A DNA stretch of 61,840 nucleotides, filler included, from Sphacelaria rigidula (taxonomy: Eukaryota), in the NCBI GenBank assembly GCA_964200075.2. It is 6 parts of 6 records of this genome, joined end to end, with 100 filler letters (N's around TTAATTAATTAA, not from the genome) between each part and the next. Parts side by side here need not be neighbours in the genome. Positions count along the whole stretch, not along the records: positions 41,297 to 51,518 come from CAXNAA020006903.1; positions 51,619 to 61,840 come from CAXNAA020006904.1; 4 more parts are not named here. The stretch is one strand, 5' to 3'. Position 1 is the stretch's first letter; each line of letters opens with the position of its first letter. This document shows positions 49,148-61,507 of this stretch, one piece after another. A program made the position numbers and the translations under genes. The notes below the pieces were generated by a model that worked only from the letters and a program-made list of their open reading frames with translations, was not told the origin of the DNA and did not search any database.

Positions 49148-49550
49148 ACACAGGATTTATAAATTGGGGATGTATTTTTTATTGGAGATGAAAACCCGGA
49201 AAATTAAAATCTTCGTATCCACACCAGATCTTCGAAATATGGTTCCATTTCTTCACGTAATGGTAGCTATTGACAACTGCTACACGCCATAGAAGTTTGG
49301 ATTTCGATAACCGAAATGTCGGGGTCCTGAGTGAAGAATCAATCTGGGGAAAAAATGGTTATTGACCTAGGACCCTGACATTTCGGTTATCGAGATCCAA
49401 ATTTGTATGGCGTGTAGTACTTGTCAACGGCTACCAGCAAGTGAAGAAATAGAACCATATTTCCAAGATTTGGTGTGGATACGAAGATTTTGGTTCTCCG
49501 GGTTTTCATCCCCAATAAAAAATCCATCCCCAATTTGTAAAGCCCCGTGT
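49148..49550. mobile_element. Fold-back MITE-like element with ~180-bp inverted arms
   Basis: AAATTGGGGATG..GATGAAAACCCGGA..CGATAACCGAAATGTC is inverted relative to GACATTTCGGTTATCG..TCCGGGTTTTCATC..CATCCCCAATTT; ~35-nt loop; no clear TSD. Confidence 0.85.
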
Positions 49551-49727
49551 TGGTTGCCTCGGTACGTCCCGTCACGTGCTTCTAATTGGTGGATACCACA
49601 GTGTAAGCTAAGTCAGCGACTATCTTTCGCAGTTAATGCATTGTGTAAGGCATCTTACTTGGACGTTGTCACCTGCTCCACGGCATACTCGATTTCTATG
49701 GTACTCCAAGGTTCGCCATATCTCGTT

Positions 49728-51230
49728 TCAATGCGTCCTACTTGACTTTAAAGAACGCCTACCTATGAACATTTCATGTGGCTCTGCGTTCATCAGAGCC
49801 TCCGCATGCTTGGCAAAGATCTTACAGGTCCAGGGCTTGGTAAGAACATCCGCATGCTGTTCCTGTGCCTTGGCGTACATTACGAAGGCCTTTTCTTTCG
49901 TGTCTTGGACAATATGGTGTTTGGCGTCGACATGCCTCGTCTGGTGGCTCGCATGCTTGTTGTTGGCCAACTTGATAGATCCTTCGTTGCCCTGCTTGAT
50001 CGTGATGGGGCAGATCTACGTCTCTGCATGGCATTGTTAACTCCGACATCGGTGTAGCAACAGCTCTTCCTGCACGACATCGGATAGAACCACGTATTCA
50101 GCTTCCGTTGTGCCTGCGGCGACCGTCCCTTCATCCTCGAGAACCAGCTAGTTGCTCCTCCCCCCAGTAGTGCGGCTCCTCCTGTCGCTGGTCGTCTGCT
50201 TTCCCGGTATGCAGCGTACGCTTTCACCTCGGTGCCACCGTGTACGTGCCCACCATAGATGATGCTGAGGTCCTGAGTCCTTCGCAGGTATTGCAGTGTC
50301 TTCAACATGGCCCTCCAGTTTTCTTGCTGGGGCTTTCGCAGAATTTCGCCACCGTGTGGGGTGCGCCGAAGATGTCCGGTCTCGTCATGGTCGTAGCCCA
50401 CACGATAGCTCCTACTTCTTCGCGGTAGTGGATATGCCGCACCTTCTTCTCGTCCTTCGTAGTCTTTGGCCCGTTCTCCTTCCATAACGGCGACCCGCTT
50501 GCCGTCGCTGGTACCATCGCGGTCTTATCAATGCTCAATCTATCGACGATCGTTTCCAGATACAGATGTTGATCAAAGTTTAGACTCCGCTTCTCGCGGT
50601 TCCGGATGATGTGGCAGCTCATCATGCAGTACGACACCTGTCCCAGGTCCTTCATTCTGTACCGAGAGTTTGGTTCCTCCACGAGAGACCCCATTACCTC
50701 TATAACGTTTTGGTCAGGGCCGGGAGGTCATTCACGTTAACGAGAGTATCGCTACCATCTCCCCTGCGTTGAGGTCCTAGAATACGCAAGAGTCGGCGTG
50801 CGTTTAGGAGCCCATTTTCTTCATGTCGCCGGTGAGATCCAAGTTCCAGCAGCGACCGAACTATACTAGGCCGTAAATCGCTTTGTTCAGCCTTCCGACC
50901 GCGTTCGGAGACTCCAGGTACTTTGCCTGCAGCTACGAATATTCCGGTGTCGATGTCGTCAGGTAGGCTTGTTCAAAGTTGAGGTGGCGCATCTCCATGT
51001 CCTTGAGTGCTCCAGTTGCGCATGATGCCATACAGGTACTTGCCGCCGTCATATTAGGCCATGCCGCCGAGTAGTGCATTCCTTTGATCTGCCTGCGTTA
51101 CTGGGTGTCAAAACGGCACTTGTGTTTTACCACCTTGCCATGATGCCCGAGCTTTCTGGTGAAAAGCCGCTTGGTTTCGAGCACCACCTCTCCCTTCAGA
51201 CGCGGTACCTGTAATGGCAAAATAGGCATA
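49728..51230 (-). pseudogene. Decayed Ty1/copia RT-RNase H
   Basis: GKVVKHKCRF; MKDLGQVSYCM..DQHLYLETIVDR..YREEVGAIVWATTMTRPDI; TRHVDAKHH..HADVLTKP. Confidence 0.92.
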
Positions 51231-51297
51231 AGCCTGCCTTGTGGCGGGGTGCCGCATGTGTAAACTCTGCTTAGGCCGGTCACGGGCCAGGATCAGA

Positions 51298-51518
51298 TAA
51301 TTGATTGATTGCTTGATTAATTGCCGCACTTTAACTGACCCTCCAGGGATCCAGCCGTGGTCGCATGATAGACCTACCTGAGAAAAACAAAGCTCAAACA
51401 CTCGCTGAAGAAAAAGAAGGAACAGGAAAAGTCGAACAGAACGACATAAACAGTGTTTTCGTGAGATTGAGAGTAGATGATACGATTGAGAGTGGCTTTG
51501 ATCATTCGCTTTAAGTGA
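51298..51518 (-). mobile_element. 3' end of a non-LTR element with a (TCAA)-like tail
   Basis: Minus strand AGTTAAAGTGCGGCAATTAATCAAGCAATCAATCAAT, the same terminus as 4461-4489. Confidence 0.55.
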
Positions 51519-51618
51519 NNNNNNNNNNNNNNNNNNNNNNNNNNNNNNNNNNNNNNNNNNNNTTAATTAATTAANNNNNNNNNNNNNNNNNNNNNNNNNN
51601 NNNNNNNNNNNNNNNNNN
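51519..51618. other. Artificial contig-joining spacer
   Basis: Same 100-nt structure. Confidence 0.98.
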
Positions 51619-51688
51619 GATGTCTGACACACTTTTGAGCCTCTTTTTTCGTGCGACCAAATACCCCCCCCCTATCGTAGGATGATTC
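51619..51688 (-). mobile_element. One end of the GAG..CTC MITE (same subfamily as 17748-18079), cut by the contig edge
   Basis: Reverse complement of GAGTCATCCTACGATAGGGG..GCACGAAAAAAGAGGCTCA..GTGTCAGACA. Confidence 0.85.
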
Positions 51689-54600
51689 GCAATTACAGCA
51701 CGAAACCAACTGGAGGTCAGACCCGTACTTAGTTATGGATACTGTGGTGGCTGAGGCTCAGGCATGGCGGAATATCAAAGTATTCGGGAAATCATCCACT
51801 TCGTCGCCGCAGTCTTCGAGCTCGCGTAACCGCGGATCAAAATCCGCAGGCAGTGCCGCCGCCAATATCACTTGCTTTCAGTGCGGCCAGGTAGGCCACT
51901 ACGCACGCAAGTGCCCAACGCCTTCCGAGGGGTAGTCTGGGCAGACGAGTGCCGCGCGCCCTCGCAATCACGTAGGAGGAAAAGGTAATCGGGGTGGTGG
52001 CGGAGGCGGGTCCTCCAGCGGTGGAGATGTGCAGTCGAGTTCCCAGTCCCAGCAGCAGCAGCAGCAGCAGCAGGGGCGTCAGCTGGGGTCCGGTTCTGGG
52101 TCCGGCTTAGCCGCAGGGGCTGCTGCTCCGCAACGGGTGGTGCAGGTGGCACCGACCACTCAAGAGTCGGGCTCGGTGCCGGCGCCGCCGGCAGCAGAGC
52201 AAGGCGAGACACATGCTGCTGAGCCGGCCGGATTTCGGCTGAAATTTGGATCCGCTGCTGCGTCGGCCGGAGTACCGCTGCAATTCGGTTCTGCGGGCCG
52301 GGCTTCGTGTCCGCCGGCGGTGTCGGTTACCCCAGCGGGGGCGTCTATGCTTGCGCCGCACGCGCAGCCGTGGCGCCAAGTGGGGATCACGACCAATCAC
52401 TCGGCGGAGCAGGTGCCGGTCGAGTATCAAATATATATATATATATATATATTCCTGCAGAGTTATATCTCCCAGATCAATGGGCGCGGGGAGCCATATC
52501 GGTCAACGCTGTGTTAGATTCAGGCGCCCATTTCACGAGCGTGTCGGTGCTGATTGTGGAGATGCTGGGGCGTCTACTCCTTGGTAAGCAAATCTGCATT
52601 CCGTTCTCACTCGGGGCGCGGCAGGCCATCACCGCATCGGGGCAACGTGTAAATGTCACGAAGTGTACGATTCCCCTACAGTTGGCGTTCAGGACTATCT
52701 TGGGGCCAGCGAAATTACCCCCGATATCGTTTGCTATCATGCCGGGGACGGATGGTGTCGTTCTGTTGGGCTTACCGACGCTTCGGGAACTCGGAGTCGA
52801 TCCGTGTGATCGGCTGTTAGAGTCCCTAAAAGCGCAAATGCCGTCGCCCGGTTCGAATGTCGAGACGCCTGCTTTTTTGGCCAGTCGCAGAGTGAGCTTG
52901 TCGGTTGATGCTCTCCAGGAGGCGGGGGGGCAGGTGTCCGAGGAGCGTGATGAGGCGGTGGAACGCTTGGTGGAGCGTGGCCCCGATATGTTTATGGAGT
53001 CGGCAGAAGAGGAGTCCGCGCGAATGGCTGCGCTGGAGGAAAGCGTGACGGGTGCTGTGGCAAATGGCCTCAACGTCTCAAGAGCGGAGCGCTTGCGTGG
53101 CATATTGTATCGCCACGTTAACGCGTTTCGTCGTGCACTGATGGGTGATCCTCCCGCGCGTGGAACCCATGAGGGTTACACCGAAGCCAGGGGCAGCCAC
53201 GGTGAAGGCAAAACCGAGGAGGTATGATCCGGTAAAGTCCAGTTGGTTAGCTTCTTGCATAGGAGCTCTTGTGGCGTTTGGGTTGGTGTTCAGGAATCTA
53301 CAGGCGGTGTGGCCCAGTCCAGCGATAGCGGTGCCGAAGAAGGACTATTTCCGTCTTGCCAGCGATTACGGAGCCGTCAATGACCAGGTGGAGAAGTCAC
53401 CGGGCGTCATGCCCAATCAGGAATCGATATGATAGACCTGTTGAGCGCGCAATGCTTCGGTAAGTTGGACCTCCTACAGGGGTTCTGGCAGATGCCGTTG
53501 GCCGAAGAGGCGCAAGAGATATTCACCATCACGACTCCGTTGGGCATGTTTACCCCGAAACGAGTACCGCAAGGCGTGTTGGATGCAACTTCCTATTTTT
53601 AAGGTGTCATGGTAAACCTTTTAGATGGCTTGGATTGCAAGATTTAGGTGCATGATGCATTTTTCTTTGCGGATACGGAAGACAACTGTTGGATACGCTT
53701 GATGCAATCTTGGCTCGCTTAGATACTGTTGGTCTATCTGCAGCTGCCCACAAGTGTACATTTTTTGCTAGTGAATTAGTGTGGTGTGGGAAAGTATATT
53801 CACACGGCCGAGTCTCGCAACCGCTTGCACTTTTTTCTAACATGCGGCGTCCAGAAATAGCAGCAGAACTAATGCAATTCCAGCACGCAATGAACTGGTT
53901 GCGTACCTCGTTGCCACTTATGGCCGAAGTAGTCGCGCCTTTGCGTGTTTTCCTAGAAGAACTCATGGTGGGGGCTGCAAGGCGCACGAAGCGGGTGGCC
54001 AAAAATCGCGTTATTCCGCTCGCATCGTGGACGGAGGACAGGCTGCAGGCATCGACGGAAGCAAAGGATCTGGTGGCTCATGCCGTAACGCTGTTCCATC
54101 CCCGCCCCGGTTGCCAGGTGCTGATGTTTCCGAATGCATCCGAGTGTCGTTGGGGTAGTTTTGTAACGCAGGTGCCTGATGCAGAAAGGCAACAACGGCT
54201 GCCGGTTGAAGACATGACGCATGAACCGCTGGCTTTTCTGAGTGGTAATTTCAAGGGTTCCCACCTGCGTTGGACAACCATTGACAAGGAAGGTTTTGCT
54301 ATCGTGAGCAATTCTCGTCGTCTCGCATCTATTGTGGAATGGCGTGCACATTTTCACGGATCACCGAAATCTAGCGTGCATTTTCAACCCGGAGGCATGC
54401 GTGACGTCTGTGTCAAAGGCTTTGGCACAGCGATTGGAGGGGTGGAAAGGTGTATTAGGCCAGTATAGGTACACGATTTGTCATATTTCGGGTAAACGTA
54501 ACGCGTGGGGTGGCTTGCTATCGCGCTGGGTAAATATTCCCACTATGCCCGCGCGAGCTGTGACTGTATCTGGTTCGTGTGAAGCGGATGATTCGATGCC

Positions 54601-55017
54601 GTCGAAATCTGTGGTCCGCCAAGCTCAACGGAAACAACTTGGGGCCACTGATGCGGATGTGCAATCTTTCGAGTCGGATGTTGGTACTGCGATTTTGGAC
54701 AATGAAGGTTTGTTTCGTGTGCATGTACGTGGCCGAAACGTGTTGTGGATTCCCAGCTCCGACAAACAATCGCACATACGTTTGATGATTTGTGCGCACA
54801 TGCGCGATGCCGGGCATCGCGGTGTGGCTGCGACGCTCGTGCGCTTGCAAGAGTTTTGTGTTTGACAGGGAATGGAAACCTAGGTGCGCGAGTTTATCCG
54901 ATAGTGTGTCTTCACTGTGCTGATTTGAGGGCGGGTGATGTTGTTCCCCGCCCGCTCGGGGAAACGGTCCATGGGACCACGCTGAATGAAGTCGTTCACT
55001 TTGACTTCTTGTACGTG
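51689..55017 (+). mobile_element. Decayed Ty3/gypsy internal region (gag knuckle, PR, RT, RNase H, N-terminal integrase)
   Basis: CFQCGQVGHYARKC; AVLDSGAHFT; WPSPAIAVPKK..RLASDYGAVN; KLDLLQGFWQ; FPNASE..TIDKEGFAI, FTDHRNL; HMRDAGHRG..CLHC..VVHFDFLYV, where it is interrupted. Confidence 0.94.
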
Positions 55018-55350
55018 TGTGACGGCGGATATCAGTCGCTTATATAGAAGGCGTTCTCGATGTGCGTAATATGGGCGATAGGTCGTATTCCAGCTGTACG
55101 GTAGTGTAGTTATATTCCAGTCGGGTTTTGCAGTATCATCCCACAGCCTGGTCAGTCGTGTTTAGCTACCTAGCCAAACCTGATGCAACGCTATCAGCCA
55201 CCACTTGGAGACATCTCGATTGGAAGCAAGTCAGGAGCACCTCTTCTGCACGTGAACGTGAGCCTGTGTTTTGCATGATGCATGCAGTGCTGTTTGAACC
55301 GAACTCTGGTGAGTCTCTGGTGCAACACCGTTGTGTGCTGCAGTAACGGT
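55018..55350 (+). repeat. 5' LTR (portion alignable to the 3' copy; true end unknown)
   Basis: 4 mismatches in 333 bp versus 61508-61840. Confidence 0.93.
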
Positions 55351-58024
55351 TATGCTGGTCGCTGGTGTTACACCACCTCCAGCCTATGTCCCACGAGCTT
55401 GATACGCCGCCCTGAGGCTCGACCACGATATGGTGACCAATCGAGAATGTAAGCAGTACTGCATACTCGCATCGCTGTAGAGCTGCACTGTTTCGCGTTG
55501 TGTCTGCATACGGTGTACAGTAGTGCATCAATCGTGCTTTCTATTTAGCGTGGGGTCTTCTGAGCAACGATCACGTGTTTAGGTGCCAGAATCTTACATG
55601 CCTGTTGATTCCTCGAAGCGACCATCAGCTGGACAGAACAGAGCTGGGACACCTGACTGCAGCGTATGCTTGCCACCTTCCGTGCTAACACGACAGCACA
55701 GGTACGTCCTGTGATTCATCATTTCACGTGCGCCTGCTTCCGTGTACGAGGACTGTTTTTTCAAAATTTCAAAATTCAAAATCCAAAATTCCAGGTCGGG
55801 ATCTTACAGTACCGCACGTTCGATCAATTTGTCCCATACAGTACTTACAGCGGGCACGCTGTGTACGAAGTGCTTCGTAGGCAGGAGATAAGTACTGTTG
55901 ATCCACTACTAGAGAGTGACGTGTCCCGAGACGGAAACCGGCGAACATGCGTGCGCAAAGTACACATGGACGGCGGTTGTTGGTGCTGTGCACCTGGAGG
56001 GATTGCGAGACCGTAACCCGCGTTCATCATTCAGGTGTGTACTGTGACAGAAAACAGCTCCCATTAGATATGGTGCAGCGGTACCTACCATGCTAGCCAG
56101 ATACGTGATCGCATGTTGTTTGCACCATATTAGCCAGGTACGTGATCGCATGGTGTTTGCACTGTACTCTGTGCTGTGGCAGCGTGTTCACACTGTGCAA
56201 CTTTGTACCAAACAGGACTGCTCGAGCAGTTGTTCGGATCATTCTATGTGAGTCTGAATGAATTTCTGATCAACATACGGGGCATCTATGCTGGAGTCAT
56301 CTTGGCGGCGAAACATGTTCAACGCCCGGCAAATGACGAATGGCCCCTAGTATGACTGGTTGATGTGCGGCGTTGTGAAAAGTCATTGCGCGGGTCAAGT
56401 CGTATGGATTCGCTTCCGCTCCACGCCACAACATGTCGCCACTGCATTGTCATTGTGTCGCCACTACATTGGGATCTTCTCATTAGCCTACCTTTCGACA
56501 CATCATATCGTCACTTCACTACATGGGACCGTCACTACACTTCATGGGACCGTCTCTACATGGGTTTCTTCACGTCGGGAAATTGGAGGCAACCAATGCC
56601 GTTGATCGGCAGCAGTAGACACACCGATTGTAAAAGTTATTATATGCGTGGCTCACGCCTTGACAGTTTTGTTTTGTTCACCCTGCTTCTACTGTAGTGT
56701 TGCGTTTGACTCTTCCCTTCACAGTGACCCATATTTTATTTTACTTTGTTTTATTCTATTCTATTATACTTTTATCTACTTTTACGTCTTGAGTTATTTT
56801 TGAGGTTTCGGAATTGCACATGAACATCGGAAGAGCGCGCACTAATACTACACCCCCCCATCCGCCCCTGCCGCTTTTGCTGTTCGATTTTTCCCGCTCC
56901 TGTCGCCCCGAATGTGCCTGCGCAATGCCGCGAATCATACCATGGTCGTTGGTATCGCATCATACCATGTCTATTTCCTTTCCCGCTGATATTTTTCTTA
57001 CTGTTGAAATGTTTCTCTTTCGCTATCAACTGTTTTACACTGGTGATCCCTTTCCCTCATCGTCTGCATTTAGCAGTCGTAGCCCACGGTGCACTATTTG
57101 CGTCATTTTCTCCTTTCACCGACTCAATGATTGTTTTCTTTTTTGCCCCCCTGTCTGCCGTACGGTACCCCTTGATCTTCTGCCGTTTTCCCCCCCCTCT
57201 TTCTACACGTCCAGTTTTATTCTCTCTACTCCCCGTGGCAATTTTACTTTACAGCCGTCTTCGCTATTTGGTTTTGCTACTTTCATGTTGCAAGCGTACA
57301 GCCCCGCCCATCCATGGTGTTTTTTTGGCAAATATTTTGCTAGATCCATTGCCTGACGCACGAAAGTACACCCCAGGTACATTTGTCTTGAGAAGCCTGC
57401 GATGGCAAACTCCAGGGACGACCACTAAGCGCAACGAAAGCCAGCTCAGGATAACGGGTGAGATCGGGCATCAACGGCAGCTCCACGAATCGTAGCCAAT
57501 GGCGGTTTGCTAGACATCTGAGAAGATGGTGTAACCATGTATCGGGAAGGTTGTAGCGTACGGAAAACAGGTGGGTGCATCGGAGAAACGGGAGCTGGTA
57601 GGCGTCCTGCTGGGCTCTCGACACCGGGCTGTTCTCCACGGACCCGAAGCAGGTTCTGGTCACCATCAACGGTGAGCTACAAATACCCCCTTGTTTGAGA
57701 GTACTGTACTCAATTCGCAGCGAATCAACGCCACTTTTTTTTGTCGAGTAGCGTCACGTAGCTCCCCAAGTGGTCGACCCGAGACCGCCCGAACAGCACC
57801 GATCAAGGTTCCGTAACAGGTGTGAGTACTGGTCATTCCGCACAGTTAGTGAAGAAACGAAGGTAAGCGAAGTGCTCTCCGCAGGGGGGGGCACACCTAC
57901 TTCATCCGACAGACCTCGGACTGGAAACAGTGGCGAATGATCATGCTCTGTAGACCCTCACCAACGCATCCAATCCGATCGCCAGCAAGGAGACTCTTTG
58001 CGAGAACAGGTGCCGTCGAATCTG

Positions 58025-58515
58025 AGGGGGGGCATACTCGTTGCTTGCCTTAGTCGCTTGACCATTGACCACGCATACCTTTCGAGACGGAGCACCGCTC
58101 CTACCCCTAATAGAGATACCTTCAACATTCTGGCGCGCATTACGCTTCTTCCGTAGCTCATTACGTTTTTCCCATACTCTGCGCAAAAAGACTTTTATGT
58201 ATCTAACACATCAGACGATTCCATACCTCCTTCGTTCACGTCCCGTATTTCCCCCTTTAGCACGTGTTTTGAGATCTCTACACCAAGGTATGTATATTGG
58301 TCTCGAATCGACAGTTCTCCTCCTCCCCACTTCCACCTGAACCCCAGTGGATTTTTCTCATCCTCGTTACAGACGAGTATCGCGCATATTTCCACATTTG
58401 CTATCACTCTCATTCGCTGTTCGCTGTCACTCTCCATTTCCAAGTGTATTCTTGCGCCTTGTCTATCTGTTTTTGCAATCCTTGTACTGTTTTTGAAATT
58501 CCCACATAATTGTTG
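58025..58515 (-). mobile_element. Internally deleted LINE fragment
   Basis: GISKTVQGLQKQID..KWRVTAN..WKWGGGEL..YTYLGVEISK (end of RT) is fused directly to VLKGEIRDVNEGGME..GAPSRKVCVVNGQ (C-terminus shared with 20650-21447). Confidence 0.85.
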
Positions 58516-61507
58516 GACCTGAGAGGAAACGACTGCCGAAACGGTAGGTGAGCGGCGATCTGAGTACGAAATACGATACCTGTGAGTCGATGCTGAGCAC
58601 CTGCCTGCGGTTCCAAAATAATGATTAGCACTCGAAAATTTAGCAGTAGGCGCCACCCTTTCCACGATGCGTGACCACCCCCTTTCGTCAACAAGTACGA
58701 AAGATATCAGGCAAGATGTGCTGACATGCCGTTGTAGGAGGCCCAAGAGGTCAAGCAGTCGCCAAACAGCCATCAGGTAGAGGCGTGTGATAGACCTATG
58801 GGACGAGGTGATCAACTTGCCAACAATTGAGGTAATGTTGCACTCACATACACATGCATCTGCAGGCACTTGACCTCGCTTCTCGACCCCAATTGATTTT
58901 CCACAGCCATCAAACCAAGTCAACGGGGTAGTCAGTACCCCTGCAGAATGTGCCTAACTTCCGGTGCCCCTCAAAAGATTCGCTGAACAGAGGCGAAGAG
59001 TTCAGCGTGGAGGTAGTCACCCATTGGGGAAGGTGATTGAAAGAAGGCATCGCTTTCCGAAGCGTCAGATCTCCCACGCGGTAAGGACGCAGTCGTAAGA
59101 CCAGGAGGATGGCTACTGGATATGTTGTCAGAGTTTTGCAAGTCATGTGGATGGACACGTCTCATTGGCTCCTTGAACCACGCGCACATTGCTTGACACG
59201 CTGCTCCCCTCCTGGAGTTGCCGTGTCAAGGCAAAACCAATATCTAAACTGACCTTCACTTTGATCACAGGAAGCAAAACCGAGTATACAACTGCACCCT
59301 TTCGTATAACAGCGCGAATAGCATCTATGCAAGGTAAGACTGGTGATGGATCCGAAAGGTGCGATCTAAATGTCGGGACGGCAACGGCAGGAAACTGCAG
59401 CACTAGTACATGGTACATGGAAAGTTGGTAAGAATGATGACGGCACGCGATCTGGAGGTGGTGATGCAAGGACACAAAATACGTACGCGCAAGATAGTCC
59501 GCCATAGGTCGAAGCGCATACCGTTACCCGCCCCACCCAAGATATTCAATCGCTGATGGGTCCGCCTAGTTTGCTTGAACACCAGACTTCGAGGCGGCGC
59601 CAGCCTTTAAAACCCCACACCCCACCTCCTGACCCTGAAACACCGTCGCGAGTCTAAATCCAGAGAAAAAAAAAACAGGTTGGAAATAGCGAGCAAAGGT
59701 CCCAGGATGGAACAATGTCAGAGGGGCTACCAGGAAGCAAAGTCCTGGAAAGCCTGATGCTTCCACGAGTGGACGGGTTCCACACCCTTTGGCATCTGCA
59801 CCACCCAGCCAAGGCATCAAGTATGTCATCCCGCCCGAACACGCCATGTCCCTCTGTCGCACAGTGATGTTCTGAACTTGTTCCCAATAGGTTTCGCATT
59901 CCGAGAGGATTTTGACGGAGCTCAGCGAAAAGGACAAGTGTTCGACGACGGTGAACGCTTCGGAAGAGTGATGGGACGACCAAGACTGTGTGGAGTCTTC
60001 GAGTGAAGAGCTCCAGCAAGTGACCCAGACGAGCGAGCCGATGGCATTGAGCGAACGAAGCAGTGAAAAGCATAATATTGTACGAAGGAAAGAGCAGGAG
60101 ACTGTTTTGTGGTGCATTACAGGAGCGAGCAGCGCTTTGTATTTTTATTTTACTTTTTATATAATGAGCAGTAGTTCAGTACTGTTTCTTTCTTTTCATT
60201 GGAACAACTGTTCAATATTTACTTTTTTTCTACTCTCTTCGGGTCTGTTTTCACTCGTGTTTTCCCGTTGATCATGGGCTCGGCTATATACCTTGTCTCG
60301 TTCCCGGCTTTACTTTCTCACCTTATAACGTTTGATCTCGTTTTTTGTTTTGGGAGGGGGGGTCTTCTCGATTTGTTTGCCTCGTTTTTTCGGATCAGAA
60401 CTTCCTCCTTAGGCCCTCATAGTTATTCTTTTTCGGTTTTCTAGTCTGGATTATATTTGTTTTTTTTCCATCAACCGTTTTGGTCCCTCTTGATTTCGTA
60501 GGACCTGATCCTCCTTCTCGTGTCAGTCCTTTTCATTATTTTGTTTTCATGTTTCATGAGTTGTTTTTTTCGTACTATGGACGTGGTATGTCCTGCCTAG
60601 TTTTCCTTTATGTTTCAGTTTCCTTTCTCCGCTTCTCCTTTTTCTGTTGTGAGCCTGGAGCGTTCCTTCAGCACTATTTTTTGGTTTCTCTTTTCCTTTC
60701 CACCTTTTCGCAGAGTTGATCTTGCTCCGCTCTTTGTTTTTTTCCCGGTCTTGCCTTCCATGAAGATCATTTATTTCTTGGTTTTGTCAGACCTGTTCCC
60801 ACCCTCTGTTTCAGGTACCCGGTTCGTTCATCACGGTTCTTCGCCCTCGGAGAATGTTGATCCGATTCTTAGGGTACCCCACCCCTTTCGAGTAGAGCAA
60901 TTCATATCGTGGAGTAAGCATTGTACAAAGAGGGTGGGCACCGAGTACCTGCTTGGACACTGTACCATGACGGAACTGTTCATCTAAAATCCAGGAGTCC
61001 CCCGGTGTCCAGTAGGTCAGTTGCTACTGGTCGGTTAGAGCATTGCCTACACACTGCCATCAACCAGTGAGCGCTTTCTTGGGGTTTTTTTAGTGGGTCA
61101 GCTTTTTTGCGAGTCCCACACTACCCAGGATCGATCTAATCGATCACGGGTGTCTAAGCGCCGTTACCACCTGAGGATAGTTTTTGACTATTCTCAGTGG
61201 TTTCTGTTTCCAGTGTAACTGGGATCCCGGGACGACATAGCACATGCGAAAGCACTCGCTATGATCCGAAAGGTCATGAAAGATTTTTTCCCCCAAACGA
61301 TGAGACTTTTTGCCTGAATACCCGGTTTGGTCCATCTTTCGATTTCATGACGAGTTTTTCCCGTGGTCATCGCTAGCCCTGAAATTCCGCAGTTTTCTCG
61401 TCGATTTTAGGCTGATGGAATATATTTGAGTGGATCTTTTTTCGTATGAAATAAGTCGTCACATTCCCTACTTGGCATTACAGCGCACACAAAGCAAGAA
61501 AGGGGGA

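Noticed and set aside
10226..51618. Regular 10.3-kb periodic TTAATTAATTAA palindrome as a biological repeat
   Set aside because: It is embedded in N runs of fixed length and is an assembly linker
52430..52452. (AT)n run at the gag/protease frame change as a programmed frameshift site
   Set aside because: More simply a microsatellite expansion in a dead element; no slippery heptamer plus downstream structure was seen
53400..54910. Excess of CAR/TGG-derived stop codons as evidence of RIP-like or editing mutagenesis
   Set aside because: Transition-derived stops necessarily arise from these codons; uninformative without a family consensus
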